From Eledone cirrhosa (Eukaryota), in contig OZ024742.1 of NCBI GenBank assembly GCA_964016885.1, positions 346,456,001 through 346,520,000 on the forward strand: a stretch of DNA of 64,000 bases. The letters run 5' to 3'. Below are positions 25,951 through 38,480 of this stretch, in pieces. Numbering within the stretch: the stretch's first letter is position 1; each line of letters begins with the position of its first letter. The notes below the pieces were generated by a model. It was not told the origin of the DNA. It did not search any database and saw nothing but the letters and a program-made list of their open reading frames with translations. A program made the translations under genes and the position numbers.

Positions 25951-28900
25951 GGTGGAGGCTAAGCTAGTTGGAGGGTAAGCTAGTTGGAGTAGGAGGGTAA
26001 GTTAGTTGGAGATGGAGGGTAAGTTAGTTGGAGGTGGAGGGTAGGTTAGTTGGAGTGGAGGGTAATTTAGTTGGAGGTGGAGGGTAAGCTAGTTGGAGGT
26101 TGAGGGTAAACTAGTTGGAGCTGGAGCGTAAGTTAGTTGGATGGAGGGTAAGTGAGTTGGATATGAAGGGTAAGTTAGTTGGACATGGAGGGTAGGTTAG
26201 TTGGAGGTGGAGGGTAAGCTAGTTGGAGGTGGAGGTTAAGTTAGTTGGAAGTGGAGGGTAAGTTAGTTGGAGGTGGACGGTAGGTTAGTTGGAGGTGGAG
26301 GGTAAGTTAGTTGGAGGTGCAGGGTAAGTTAGTTGGAGGTGGGGGGTAGGTTAGTTGGAAGTGGAGGGTAAGCTAGTTGGAGGTGGAGGGTAAATTAGTT
26401 GAAGGTGGAGGGTAAGTTAGTTGGAGGTGGAGGGTAAGCTGGTTGGAGATGGCGGGTAAGTTAGTTGGATGTGGAGGGTCAGTTAGTGGAGGTGGAGGAT
26501 AGGTTAGTTGGAGGTGGAGGGTAGGTTAGTTGAAGCTGGAGGGTAATTTAGTTGGGAGTGAGGATAAGTTAGTTGGAGGTGGAGGGTGAGCTAGTTGGAG
26601 GTAGGGGGGTAAGTTAGTTGGAGGTGGAGGGTAAGCTAGTTGGAGATGGAGGGTAAGTTAGTTGGAGGAGGAGGGTAAGCTAGTTGGAGATGGAGGGTAA
26701 GTTTGTTGGAGGTGGAGGCTAAGCTAGTTGGAGGGTAAGCTAGTTGGAGTAGGAGGGTAAGTTAGTTGGAGATGGAGGGTAAGTTAGTTGGAGGTGGAGG
26801 GTAGGTTAGTTGGAGGTGGAGGGTAATTTAGTTGGAGGTGGAGGGTGAGCTAGTTGGAGGTTGAGGGTAAACTAGTTGGAGCTGGAGGGTAAGTTAGTTG
26901 GATGGAGGGTAAGTGAGTTGGATATGAAGGGTAAGTTAGTTGGACATGGAGGGTAGGTTAGTTGGAGGTGGAGGGTAAGCTAGTTGGAGGTGGAGGGTAA
27001 GTTAGTTGGAAGTGGAGGGTAAGTTAGTTGGAGGTGGACGGTAGGTTAGTTGGAGGTGGAGGGTATGTTAGTTGGAGGTGGAGGGTAAGTTAGTTGGAAG
27101 TGGAGGGTAAGCTAGTTGGAGGTTGAGGGTAAGTTAGTTGGGGTGGAAGATAGGTTCGTTGGAGGTGGAGGGTAAGCTAGTTGGAGGTGGAGGGTAAGTT
27201 AGTTGGAGGTGGAGGGTAAGTTAGTTGGAATTGGAGGGTAAGCTAGTTGGAAGTGGAGGGTAAACTATTTGGAGGTGGAGGGTAAGTTAGTTGGAAGTGG
27301 AGGGTAAGCTAGTTGGAGATGGAGGGTAAGTTAGTTGGAGGTGGAGGGTAAGTTAGTTGGATGTGGAGGGTAAGTTATTTGGAGGTGGAGGGTAAGCTAG
27401 TTGGATGTGCAGGGTAAGTTAGTTGGAGGTGGAAGGTAGGTTAGTTGTAGGTGGAGGGTAAGTTGGTTGGAGGTGGAGGGTAAGCTAGTTGGAGGTGGAG
27501 GGTAAGCTAGTTGGAGGTGGAGGGTAAATTAGTTGGGGTGGAGGATAGGTTATTTGGAGATGGAGGGTAAGTTAGTTGGGGTCGGAGGGTAAGCTAGTTG
27601 GAGGTGGAGGGTAAGCTAGTTGGAGGTGGAGGGTAAGCTAGTTGGAGTAGGAGGGTAATTTAGTTGGAGGTGGAGGGTAAGTTAGTTGGAGAAGGAGGGT
27701 AGGTTAGTTGAAGCTGGAGGGTAAGTTAGTTGGGAGTGAGGATAAGTTAGTTGGAGGTGGCGGGTAAGCTAGTTGTAGGTGGAGGGTAAGTTAGTTGCAA
27801 GTGGAGGGTAAGCTAGTTGGAGATGGACGGTAAGTTAGTTGGAGTTGGAGGTGGAGGGCAGGCTAGTTGGGGGGTAAGCTAGTTGGAGTAGGAACGTAAG
27901 TTAGTTGGAGGTGAAGGGTAGGTTAGTGGAGGTGGAGTGTAAGCTAGTTGGTGGTGGAGGGTAAGTTAGTTGGAGGTGTATGGTAAGTTAGTTTGAGGTG
28001 GAGGGTAAGCTATTTGGAGGTGGAGGGAAAGTTAGTTGGAGGTGGAGGGTAAGTTAGTTGGATGTGGAGGGTAAGTTATTTGGAGGTGGAGGGTAAGCTA
28101 GTTGGATGTGCAGGGTAAGTTAGTTGGAGGTGGAAGGTAGGTTAGTTGGAGGTGGAGGGTAAGTTAGTTGGTGGGGAGGGTGAGCTAGTTGGAGGTGGAG
28201 GGTAAGTTAGTTGGTGGTGGAGGGTAAATTAGTTGGCGTGGAGGATAATTTAGTTGGAGGTGGAGGGTAAGTTAGTTGGGGGTGGGGGGTAAGCTAGTTG
28301 GAGGTGGAGGGTAAGTTAGTTAGAGGTGGAGGGTAAGTTAGTTGGAGGGGGACGGTAGGCTATTTGGAGGTGGAGGGTAAGCTAGTTGGAGGTGGAGGGT
28401 AAGCTTGTTGGAGGTTGAGGGTAAGTTAGTTGGAAGTGGAGGGTAAGCTAGTTTGAGGTGGAGGGTAAGCTAGTTGGAAGTTAAGGGTAAGTTAGTTGGA
28501 AGTGGAGGGTAAGCTAGTTGGAGGTGGAGGGTAAACTAGTTGGAGGTGGGGGGGTAAGTTAGTTGGAGGTGGAGGGTAATCTAGTTGGAGATGGAGGGTA
28601 AGTTAGTTGGAGGTGGAGGGTAAGCTAGTTGGAGATGGAGGGTAAGCTAGTTGGAGTAGGAGGGTAATTTAGTTGGAGGTGGAGGGTAAGTTAGTTGGAG
28701 AAGGAGGGTAGGTTAGTTGAAGATGGAGGGTAAGTTAGTTGGGAGTGAGGATAAGTTAGTTGGAGGTGGCGGGTAAGCTAGTTGGAGGTGGAAGGTAAGT
28801 TAGTTGCAAGTGGAGGGTAAGCTAGTTGAAGATGGACGGTAAGTTAGTTGGAGGTGGAGGGTAAGGTAGTTGGAGGTGGAGGGCAGGCTAGTTGGGGGGT

Positions 28901-31900
28901 AAGCTAGTTGGAGTAGGAGGGTAAGTTAGTAGGAGGTGAAGGGTATGTTAGTTGGAGGTGGAGTGTAAGCTAGTTGGAGGTGGAGGGTAAGTTAGTTGGA
29001 AGTGGAGGGTAAGCTAGTTGGAGGTGGAGGGTAAACTAGTTGGAGGTGGGGGGGTAAGTTAGTTGGAGGTGGAGGGTAAGCTAGTTGGAGATGGAGGGTA
29101 AGTTAGTTGGAGGTGGAGGGTAAGCTAGTTGGAGATGGAGGGTAAGCTAGTTGGAGTAGGAGGGTAATTTAGTTGGAGGTGGAGGGTAAGTTAGTTGGAG
29201 AAGGAGGGTAGGTTAGTTGAAGCTGGAGGGTAAGTTAGTTGGGAGTGAGGATAAGTTAGTTGGAGGTGGCGGGTAAGCTAGTTGGAGGTGGAGGGTAAGT
29301 TAGTTGCAAGTGGAGGGTAAGCTAGTTGGAGATGGACGGTAAGTTAGTTGGAGGTGGAGGGTAAGGTAGTTGGAGGTGGAGGGCAGGCTAGTTGGGGGGT
29401 AAGCTAGTTGGAGTAGGAGGGTAAGTTAGTTGGAGGTGAAGGGTATGTTAGTTGGAGGTGGAGTGTAAGCTAGTTGGAGGTGGAGGGTAAGTTAGTTGGA
29501 AGTGGAGGGTAAGCTAGTTGGAGGTGGAGGGTAAACTAGTTGGAGGTGGGGGGGTAAGTTAGTTGGAGGTGGAGGGTAAGCTAGTTGGAGATGGAAGGTA
29601 AGTTAGTTGGAGGTGGAGGGTAAGCTAGATGGAGATGGAGGGTAAGCTAGTTGGAGTAGGAGGGTAATTTAGTTGGAGGTGGAGGGTAAGTTAGTTGGAG
29701 AAGGAGGGTAGGTTAGTTGAAGCTGGAGGGTAAGTTAGTTGGGAGTGAGGATAAGTTAGTTGGAGGTGGCGGGCAAGCTAGTTGGAGGTGGAGGGTAAGT
29801 TAGTTGCAAGTGGAGGGTAAGCTAGTTGGAGATGGACGGTAAGTTATTTGGAGGTGGAGGGTAAGGTAGTTGGAGGTGGAGGGCAGGCTAGTTGGGGGGT
29901 AAGCTAGTTGGAGTAGGAGGGTAAGTTAGTTGGAGGTGAAGGGTATGTTAGTTGGAGGTGGAGTGTAAGCTAGTTGGAGGTGGAGCGCAAGTTAGTTGGA
30001 GGGTAAGCTAGTTGGAGTAGGAGGGTAAGTTAGTTGGAGGTGGTGGGTAAGTTATTTGGAGGTGGAGGGTAGGTTAGTTGGAGGTGGAGGGTAATTTAGT
30101 TGGAGGTGGAGGGTAAGCTAGTTGGAGGTTGAGGGTAAACTAGTTGGAGGTGGAGGGTAAGTTAGTTGGAAGTGGAGGGTAAGGTAGTTGGAGGTGGAGG
30201 GTAATTTAGTTGGAAGTGGAGGGTAAGTTAGTTGGATGTGGAGGATAAGTTAGTTGGAGGTGGAGGGTAAGCTAGTTGGAGGTGCAGGGTAAGTTAGTTG
30301 GAGGTGGGGGGTAGGTTAGTTGGAAGTGGAGGGTAAGCTAGTTGGAGGTGGAGGGTAAATTAGTTGAAGGTGGAGGGTAAGTTAGTTGGAGGTGGAGGGT
30401 AAGCTGGTTGGAGATGGCGGGTAAGTTAGTTGGATGTGGAGGGTCAGTTAGTGGAGGTGGAGGATAGGTTAGTTGGAGGTGGAGGGTAGGTTAGTTGAAG
30501 CTGGAGGGTAATTTAGTTGGGAGTGAGGATAAGTTAGTTGGAGGTGGAGGGTGAGCTAGTTGGAGGTAGGGGGGTAAGTTAGTTGGAGGTGGAGGGTAAG
30601 CTAGTTGGAGATGGAGGGTAAGTTAGTTGGAGGAGGAGGGTAAGCTAGTTGGAGATGGAGGGTAAGTTTTTTGGAGGTGGAGGGTAAGCTAGTTGGAGGG
30701 TAAGCTAGTTGGAGTAGGAGGGTAAGTTAGTTGGAGGTGGAGGGTAAGTTAGTTGGAGGTGGAGGGTATGTTAGTTGGAGGTGGAGGGTAATTTAGTTGG
30801 AGGTGGAGGTTAAGCTAGTTGGAGGTTGAGGGTAAACTAGTTGGAGGTGGAGGGTAAGTTAGTTGGATGGAGGGTAAGTGAGTTGGATATGAAGGGTAAG
30901 TTAGTTGGACGTGGAGGGTAGGTTAGTTGGAGGTGGAGGGTTAGCTAGTTGGAGGTGGAGGGTAAGTTAGTTGGAAGTGGAGGGTAAGCTAGTTGGAGGT
31001 TGAGGGTAAGTTAGTTGGGGTGGAAGACAGGTTAGTTGGAGGTGGAGGGAAAGCTAGTTGGAGGTGGAGGGTAAGTTAGTTGGAGGTGGAGGGTAAGTTA
31101 GTTGGAAGTGGAGGGTAAGCTAGTTGGATGTGGAGGGTAAGTTATTTGGAGGTGGAGGGTAAGTTAGTTGGATGTGGAGGGTAAGTTATTTGGAGGTGGA
31201 GGGTAAGCTAGTTGGATGTGCAGGGTAAGTAATTTGGAGGTGGAAGGTAAATTAGTTGGGGTGGAGGATAGGTTATTTGGAGATGGAGGGTAAGTTAGTT
31301 GGGGTCGGAGGGTAAGCTAGTTGGAGGTGGAGGGTAAGCTAGTTGGAGGTGGAGGGTAAGCTAGTTGCAGTAGGAGTGTAATTTAGTTGGAGGTGGAGGG
31401 TAAGTTAGTTGGAGAAGGAGCGTAGGTTAGTTGAAGCTGGAGGGTAAGTTAGTTGGGAGTGAGGATAAGTTAGTTGGAGGTGGCGGGTAAGCTAGTTGGA
31501 GGTGGAGGGTAAGTTAGTTGCAAGTGGAGGGTAAGCTAGTTGGAGATGGACGGTAAGTTAGTTGGAGGTGGAGGGTAAGGTAGTTGGAGGTGGAGGGCAG
31601 GCTAGTTGGGGGGTAAGCTAGTTGGAGTAGGAGGGTAAGTTAGTTGGAGGTGAAAGGTAGGTTAGTTGGAGGTGGAGTGTAAGCTAGTTGGAGGTGGAGG
31701 GTAAGTTAGTTGGAGGTGTATGGTAAGTTAGCTTGAGGTGGAGGGTAAGCTATTTGGAGGTGGAGGGTAAGTTAGTTGGAGGTGGAGGGTAAGTTAGTTG
31801 GAGGTGGAGGGTAGGTTAGTTGGAGGTGGAGGGTAAGTTAGTTGGTGGGGAGGGTGAGCTAGTTGGAGGTGGAGGGTAAGTTAGTTGGTGGTGGAGGGTA

Positions 31901-34900
31901 AATTAGTTGGCGTGGAGGATAATTTATTTGGAGGTGGAGGGTAAGTTAGTTGGGGGTGGGGGGTAAGCTAGTTGGAGGTGGAGGGTAAGTTAGTTAGAGG
32001 TGGAGGGTAAGTTAGTTGGAGGGGGACGGTAGGCTATTTGGAGGTGGAGGGTAAGCTAGTTGGAGGTGGAGGGTAAGCTTGTTGGAGGTTGAGGGTAAGT
32101 TAGTTGGAAGTGGAGGGTAAGCTAGTTTGAGGTGGAGGGTAAGCTAGTTGGAAGTTGAGGGTAAGTTAGTTGGAAGTGGAGGGTAAGTTAGTTGGAGGTG
32201 GAGGGTAGGTTAGTTGGAGGTGGAGGGTATGTTAGTTGGAGGTGGAGGGTAAGCTAGTTGGTGTGGAGGGTAAGTTAGTTGGAAGTGGAGGGTAAGCTAG
32301 TTGGAGGTTGAGGGTAAGTTAGTTGGGGTGGAAGATAGGTTAGTTGGAGTTGGAGGGTAAGCTAGTTTGAGGTGGAGGGTAAGTTAGTTGGAGGTGGAGG
32401 GTAAGTTAGTTGGAAGTGGAGGGTAAGCTAGTTGGAAGTGGAGGGTAAACTATTTGGAGGTGGAGGGTAAGTTGGTTGGAAGTGGAGGGTAAGCTAGTTG
32501 GAGATGGAGGGTAAGTTAGTTGGGGGTGGAGGGTAAGTTATTTGGATGTGGAGGGTAAGTTATTTGGAGTTGGAGGGTAAGCTAGTTGGATGTGCAGGGT
32601 AAGTTAGTTGGAGGTGGAAGGTAGGTTAGTTAGAGGTGGAGGGTAAGTTGGTTGGAGGTGGAGGGTAAGCTAGTTGGAGGTGGAGGTTAAGTTAGTTGGA
32701 GGTGGAGGGTAAATTAGTTGGGGTGGAGGATAGGTTATTTGGAGATGGAGGGTAAGTTAGTTGGGGTCGGAGGGTAAGCTAGTTGGAGGTGGAGGGTAAG
32801 CTAGTTGGAGGTGGAGGGTAAGCTAGTTGGAGTAGGAGGGTAATTTAGTTGGAGGTGGAGGGTAAGTTAGTTGGAGAAGGAGGGTAGGTTAGTTGAAGCT
32901 GGAGGGTAAATTAGTTGGGAGTGAGGATAAGTTAGTTGGAGGTGGCGGGTAAGCTAGTTGGAGGTGGAGGGTAAGTTAGTTGCAAGTGGAGGGTAAGCTA
33001 GTTGGAGATGGACGGTAAGTTAGTTGGAGGTCGAGGGTAAGGTAGTTGGAGGTGGAGGGCATGCTAGTTGGGGGGTAAGCTAGTTGGAGTAGGAGGGTAA
33101 GTTAGTTGGAGGTGAAGGGTAGGTTAGTTGGAGGTGGAGTGTAAGCTAGTTGGAGGTGGAGGGTAAGTTAGTTGGAGGTGTATGGTAAGTTAGTTTGAGG
33201 TGGAGGGTAAGCTATTTGGAGGTGGAGGGTAAGTTAGTTGGAGGTGGAGGGTCAGTTAGTTGGAGGTGGAGGGTAGGTTAGTTGGAGGTGGAGGGTAAGT
33301 TAGTTGGTGGGGAGGGTGAGCTAGTTGGAGGTGGAGGGTAAGTTAGTTGGTGTTGGAGGGTAAATTAGTTGGCGTGGAGGATAATTTAGTTGGAGGTGGA
33401 GGGTAAGTTAGTTGGGGGTGGGGGGTAAGCTAGTTGGAGGTGGAGGGTAAGTTAGTTAGAGGTGGAGGGTAAGTTAGTTGGAGGGGGACGGTAGGCTATT
33501 TGGAGGTGGAGGGTAAGCTAGTTGGAGGTGGAGTGTAAGCTTCTTGGAGGTTGAGGGTAAGTTAGTTGGAGGTGAAGGGTATGTTAGTTGGAGGTGGAGT
33601 GTAAGCTAGTTGGAGGTGGAGGGTAAGTTAGTTGGAAGTGGAGGGTAAGCTAGTTGGAGGTGGAGGGTAAACTAGTTGGAGGTGGGGGGGTAAGTTAGTT
33701 GGAGGTGGAGGGTAAGCTAGTTGGAGATGGAAGGTAAGTTAGTTGGAGGTGGAGGGTAAGCTAGATGGAGATGGAGGGTAAGCTAGTTGGAGTAGGAGGG
33801 TAATTTAGTTGGAGGTGGAGGGTAAGTTAGTTGGAGAAGGAGGGTAGGTTAGTTGAAGCTGGAGGGTAAGTTAGTTGGGAGTGAGGATAAGTTAGTTGGA
33901 GGTGGCGGGCAAGCTAGTTGGAGGTGGAGGGTAAGTTAGTTGCAAGTGGAGGTTAAGCTAGTTGGAGATGGACGGTAAGTTATTTGGAGGTGGAGGGTAA
34001 GGTAGTTGGAGGTGGAGGGCAGGCTAGTTGGGGGGTAAGCTAGTTGGAGTAGGAGGGTAAGTTAGTTGGAGGTGAAGGGTATGTTAGTTGGAGGTGGAGT
34101 GTAAGCTAGTTGGAGGTGGAGGGCAAGTTAGTTGGAGGGTAAGCTAGTTGGAGTAGGAGGGTAAGTTAGTTGGAGGTGGTGGGTAAGTTATTTGGAGGTG
34201 GAGGGTAGGTTAGTTGGAGGTGGAGGGTAATTTAGTTGGAGGTGGAGGGTAAGCTAGTTGGAGGTTGAGGGTAAACTAGTTGGAGGTGGAGGGTAAGTTA
34301 GTTGGAAGTGGAGGGTAAGGTAGTTGGAGGTGGAGGGTAATTTAGTTGGAAGTGGAGGGTAAGTTAGTTGGATGTGGAGGATAAGTTAGTTGGAGGTGGA
34401 GGGTAAGCTAGTTGGAGGTGCAGGGTAAGTTAGTTGGAGGTGGGGGTAGGTTAGTTGGAAGTGGAGGGTAAGCTAGTTGGAGGTGGAGGGTAAATTAGTT
34501 GAAGGTGGAGGGTAAGTTAGTTGGAGGTGGAGGGTAAGCTGGTTGGAGATGGCGGGTAAGTTAGTTGGATGTGGAGGGTCAGTTAGTGGAGGTGGAGGAT
34601 AGGTTAGTTGGAGGTGGAGGGTAGGTTAGTTGAAGCTGGAGGGTAATTTAGTTGGGAGTGAGGATAAGTTAGTTGGAGGTGGAGGGTGAGCTAGTTGGAG
34701 GTAGGGGGGTAAGTTAGTTGGAGGTGGAGGGTAAGCTAGTTGGAGATGGAGGGTAAGTTAGTTGGAGGAGGAGCGTAAGCTAGTTGGAGATGGAGGGTAA
34801 GTTTGTTGGAGGTGGAGGCTAAGCTAGTTGGAGGGTAAGCTAGTTGGAGTAGGAGGGTAAGTTAGTTGGAGATGGAGGGTAAGTTAGTTGGAGGTGGAGT

Positions 34901-37900
34901 GTAGGTTAGTTGGAGGTGGAGGGTAATTTAGTTGGAGGTGGAGGGTAAGCTAGTTGGAGGTTGAGGGTAAACTAGTTGGAGCTGGAGCGTAAGTTAGTTG
35001 GATGGAGGGTAAGTGAGTTGGATATGAAGGGTAAGTTAGTTGGACATGGAGGGTAGGTTAGTTGGAGGTGGAGGGTAAGCTAGTTGGAGGTGGAGGTTAA
35101 GTTAGTTGGAAGTGGAGGGTAAGTTAGTTGGAGGTGGACGGTAGGTTAGTTGGAGGTGGAGGGTAAGTTAGTTGGAGGTGCAGGGTAAGTTAGTTGGAGG
35201 TGGGGGGTAGGTTAGTTGGAAGTGGAGGGTAAGCTAGTTGGAGGTGGAGGGTAAATTAGTTGAAGGTGGAGGGTAAGTTAGTTGGAGGTGGAGGGTAAGT
35301 TGGTTGGAGATGGCGGGTAAGTTAGTTGGATGTGGAGGGTCAGTTAGTGGAGGTGGAGGATAGGTTAGTTGGAGGTGGAGGGTAGGTTAGTTGAAGCTGG
35401 AGGGTAATTTAGTTGGGAGTGAGGATAAGTTAGTTGGAGGTGGAGGGTGAGCTAGTTGGAGGTAGGGGGGTAAGTTAGTTGGAGGTGGAGGGTAAGCTAG
35501 TTGGAGATGGAGGGTAAGTTAGTTGGAGGAGGAGGGTAAGCTAGTTGGAGATGGAGGGTAAGTTTGTTGGAGGTGGAGGCTAAGCTAGTTGGAGGGTAAG
35601 CTAGTTGGAGTAGGAGGGTAAGTTAGTTGGAGATGGAGGGTAAGTTAGTTGGAGGTGGAGGGTAGGTTAGTTGGAGGTGGAGGGTAATTTAGTTGGAGGT
35701 GGAGGGTAAGCTAGTTGGAGGTTGAGGGTAAACTAGTTGGAGCTGGAGGGTAAGTTAGTTGGATGGAGGGTAAGTGAGTTGGATATGAAGGGTAAGTTAG
35801 TTGGACATGGAGGGTAGGTTAGTTGGAGGTGGAGGGTAAGCTAGTTGGAGGTGGAGGGTAAGTTAGTTGGAATTGGAGGGTAAGTTAGTTGGAGGTGGAC
35901 GGTAGGTTAGTTGGAGGTGGAGGGTATGTTAGTTGGAGGTGGAGGGTAAGTTAGTTGGAAGTGGAGGGTAAGCTAGTTGGAGGTTGAGGGTAAGTTAGTT
36001 GGGGTGGAAGATAGGTTCGTTGGAGGTGGAGGGTAAGCTAGTTGGAGGTGGAGGGTAAGTTAGTTGGAGGTGGAGGGTAAGTTAGTTGGAATTGGAGGGT
36101 AAGCTAGTTGGAAGTGGAGGGTAAACTATTTGGAGGTGGAGGGTAAGTTAGTTGGAAGTGGAGGGTAAGCTAGTTGGAGATGGAGGGTAAGTTAGTTGGA
36201 GGTGGAGGGTAAGTTAGTTGGATGTGGAGGGTAAGTTATTTGGAGGTGGAGGGTAAGCTAGTTGGATGTGCAGGGTAAGTTAGTTGGAGGTGGAAGGTAG
36301 GTTAGTTGTAGGTGGAGGGTAAGTTGGTTGGAGGTGGAGGGTAATCTAGTTGGAGGTGGAGGGTAAGCTAGTTGGAGGTGGAGGGTAAATTAGTTGGGGT
36401 GGAGGATAGGTTATTTGGAGATGGAGGGTAAGTTAGTTGGGGTCGGAGGGTAAGCTAGTTGGAGGTGGAGGGTAAGCTAGTTGGAGGTGGAGGGTAAGCT
36501 AGTTGGAGTAGGAGGGTAATTTAGTTGGAGGTGGAGGGTAAGTTAGTTGGAGAAGGAGGGTAGGTTAGTTGAAGCTGGAGGGTAAGTTAGTTGGGAGTGA
36601 GGATAAGTTAGTTGGAGGTGGCGGGTAAGCTAGTTGTAGGTGGAGGGTAAGTTAGTTGCAAGTGGAGGGTAAGCTAGTTGGAGATGGACGGTAAGTTAGT
36701 TGGAGGTGGAGGGTAAGGTAGTTGGAGGTGGAGGGCAGGCTAGTTGGGGGGTAAGCTAGTTGGAGTAGGAGCGTAAGTTAGTTGGAGGTGAAGGGTAGGT
36801 TAGTGGAGGTGGAGTGTAAGCTAGTTGGTGGTGGAGGGTAAGTTAGTTGGAGGTGTATGGTAAGTTAGTTTGAGGTGGAGGGTAAGCTATTTGGAGGTGG
36901 AGGGAAAGTTAGTTGGAGGTGGAGGGTAAGTTAGTTGGATGTGGAGGGTAAGTTATTTGGAGGTGGAGGGTAAGCTAGTTGGATGTGCAGGGTAAGTTAG
37001 TTGGAGGTGGAAGGTAGGTTAGTTGGAGGTGGAGGGTAAGTTAGTTGGTGGGGAGGGTGAGCTAGTTGGAGGTGGAGGGTAAGTTAGTTGGTGGTGGAGG
37101 GTAAATTAGTTGGCGTGGAGGATAATTTAGTTGGAGGTGGAGGGTAAGTTAGTTGGGGGTGGGGGGTAAGCTAGTTGGAGGTGGAGGGTAAGTTAGTTAG
37201 AGGTGGAGGGTAAGTTAGTTGGAGGGGGACGGTAGGCTATTTGGAGGTGGAGGGTAAGCTAGTTGGAGGTGGAGGGTAAGCTTGTTGGAGGTTGAGGGTA
37301 AGTTAGTTGGAAGTGGAGGGTAAGCTAGTTTGAGGTGGAGGGTAAGCTAGTTGGAAGTTAAGGGTAAGTTAGTTGGAAGTGGAGGGTAAGCTAGTTGGAG
37401 GTGGAGGGTAAACTAGTTGGAGGTGGGGGGGTAAGTTAGTTGGAGGTGGAGGGTAATCTAGTTGGAGATGGAGGGTAAGTTAGTTGGAGGTGGAGGGTAA
37501 GCTAGTTGGAGATGGAGGGTAAGCTAGTTGGAGTAGGAGGGTAATTTAGTTGGAGGTGGAGGGTAAGTTAGTTGGAGAAGGAGGGTAGGTTAGTTGAAGC
37601 TGGAGGGTAAGTTAGTTGGGAGTGAGGATAAGTTAGTTGGAGGTGGCGGGTAAGCTAGTTGGAGGTGGAAGGTAAGTTAGTTGCAAGTGGAGGGTAAGCT
37701 AGTTGAAGATGGACGGTAAGTTAGTTGGAGGTGGAGGGTAAGGTAGTTGGAGGTGGAGGGCAGGCTAGTTGGGGGGTAAGCTAGTTGGAGTAGGAGGGTA
37801 AGTTAGTAGGAGGTGAAGGGTATGTTAGTTGGAGGTGGAGTGTAAGCTAGTTGGAGGTGGAGGGTAAGTTAGTTGGAAGTGGAGGGTAAGCTAGTTGGAG

Positions 37901-38480
37901 GTGGAGGGTAAACTAGTTGGAGGTGGGGGGGTAAGTTAGTTGGAGGTGGAGGGTAAGCTAGTTGGAGATGGAGGGTAAGTTAGTTGGAGGTGGAGGGTAA
38001 GCTAGTTGGAGATGGAGGGGAAGCTAGTTGGAGTAGGAGGGTAATTTAGTTGGAGGTGGAGGGTAAGTTAGTTGGAGAAGGAGGGTAGGTTAGTTGAAGC
38101 TGGAGGGTAAGTTAGTTGGGAGTGAGGATAAGTTAGTTGGAGGTGGCGGGTAAGCTAGTTGGAGGTGGAGGGTAAGTTAGTTGCAAGTGGAGGGTAAGCT
38201 AGTTGGAGATGGACGGTAAGTTAGTTGGAGGTGGAGGGTAAGGTAGTTGGAGGTGGAGGGCAGGCTAGTTGGGGGGTAAGCTAGTTGGAGTAGGAGGGTA
38301 AGTTAGTTGGAGGTGAAGGGTATGTTAGTTGGAGGTGGAGTGTAAGCTAGTTGGAGGTGGAGGGTAAGTTAGTTGGAAGTGGAGGGTAAGCTAGTTGGAG
38401 GTGGAGGGTAAACTAGTTGGAGGTGGGGGGGTAAGTTAGTTGGAGGTGGAGGGTAAGCTAGTTGGAGATGGAAGGTAAGT
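20700..38480 (+). repeat. Tandem higher-order duplication, ~8.75-8.9 kb period
   Basis: Offset 8749 at markers 21058/29807, 21696/30445 and 22279/31028. It becomes 8859-8861 after a 5-unit (110 bp) indel (25721/34580, 27157/36018) and 8877 after a 16-bp indel near 27845 (29307/38184). Confidence 0.85.
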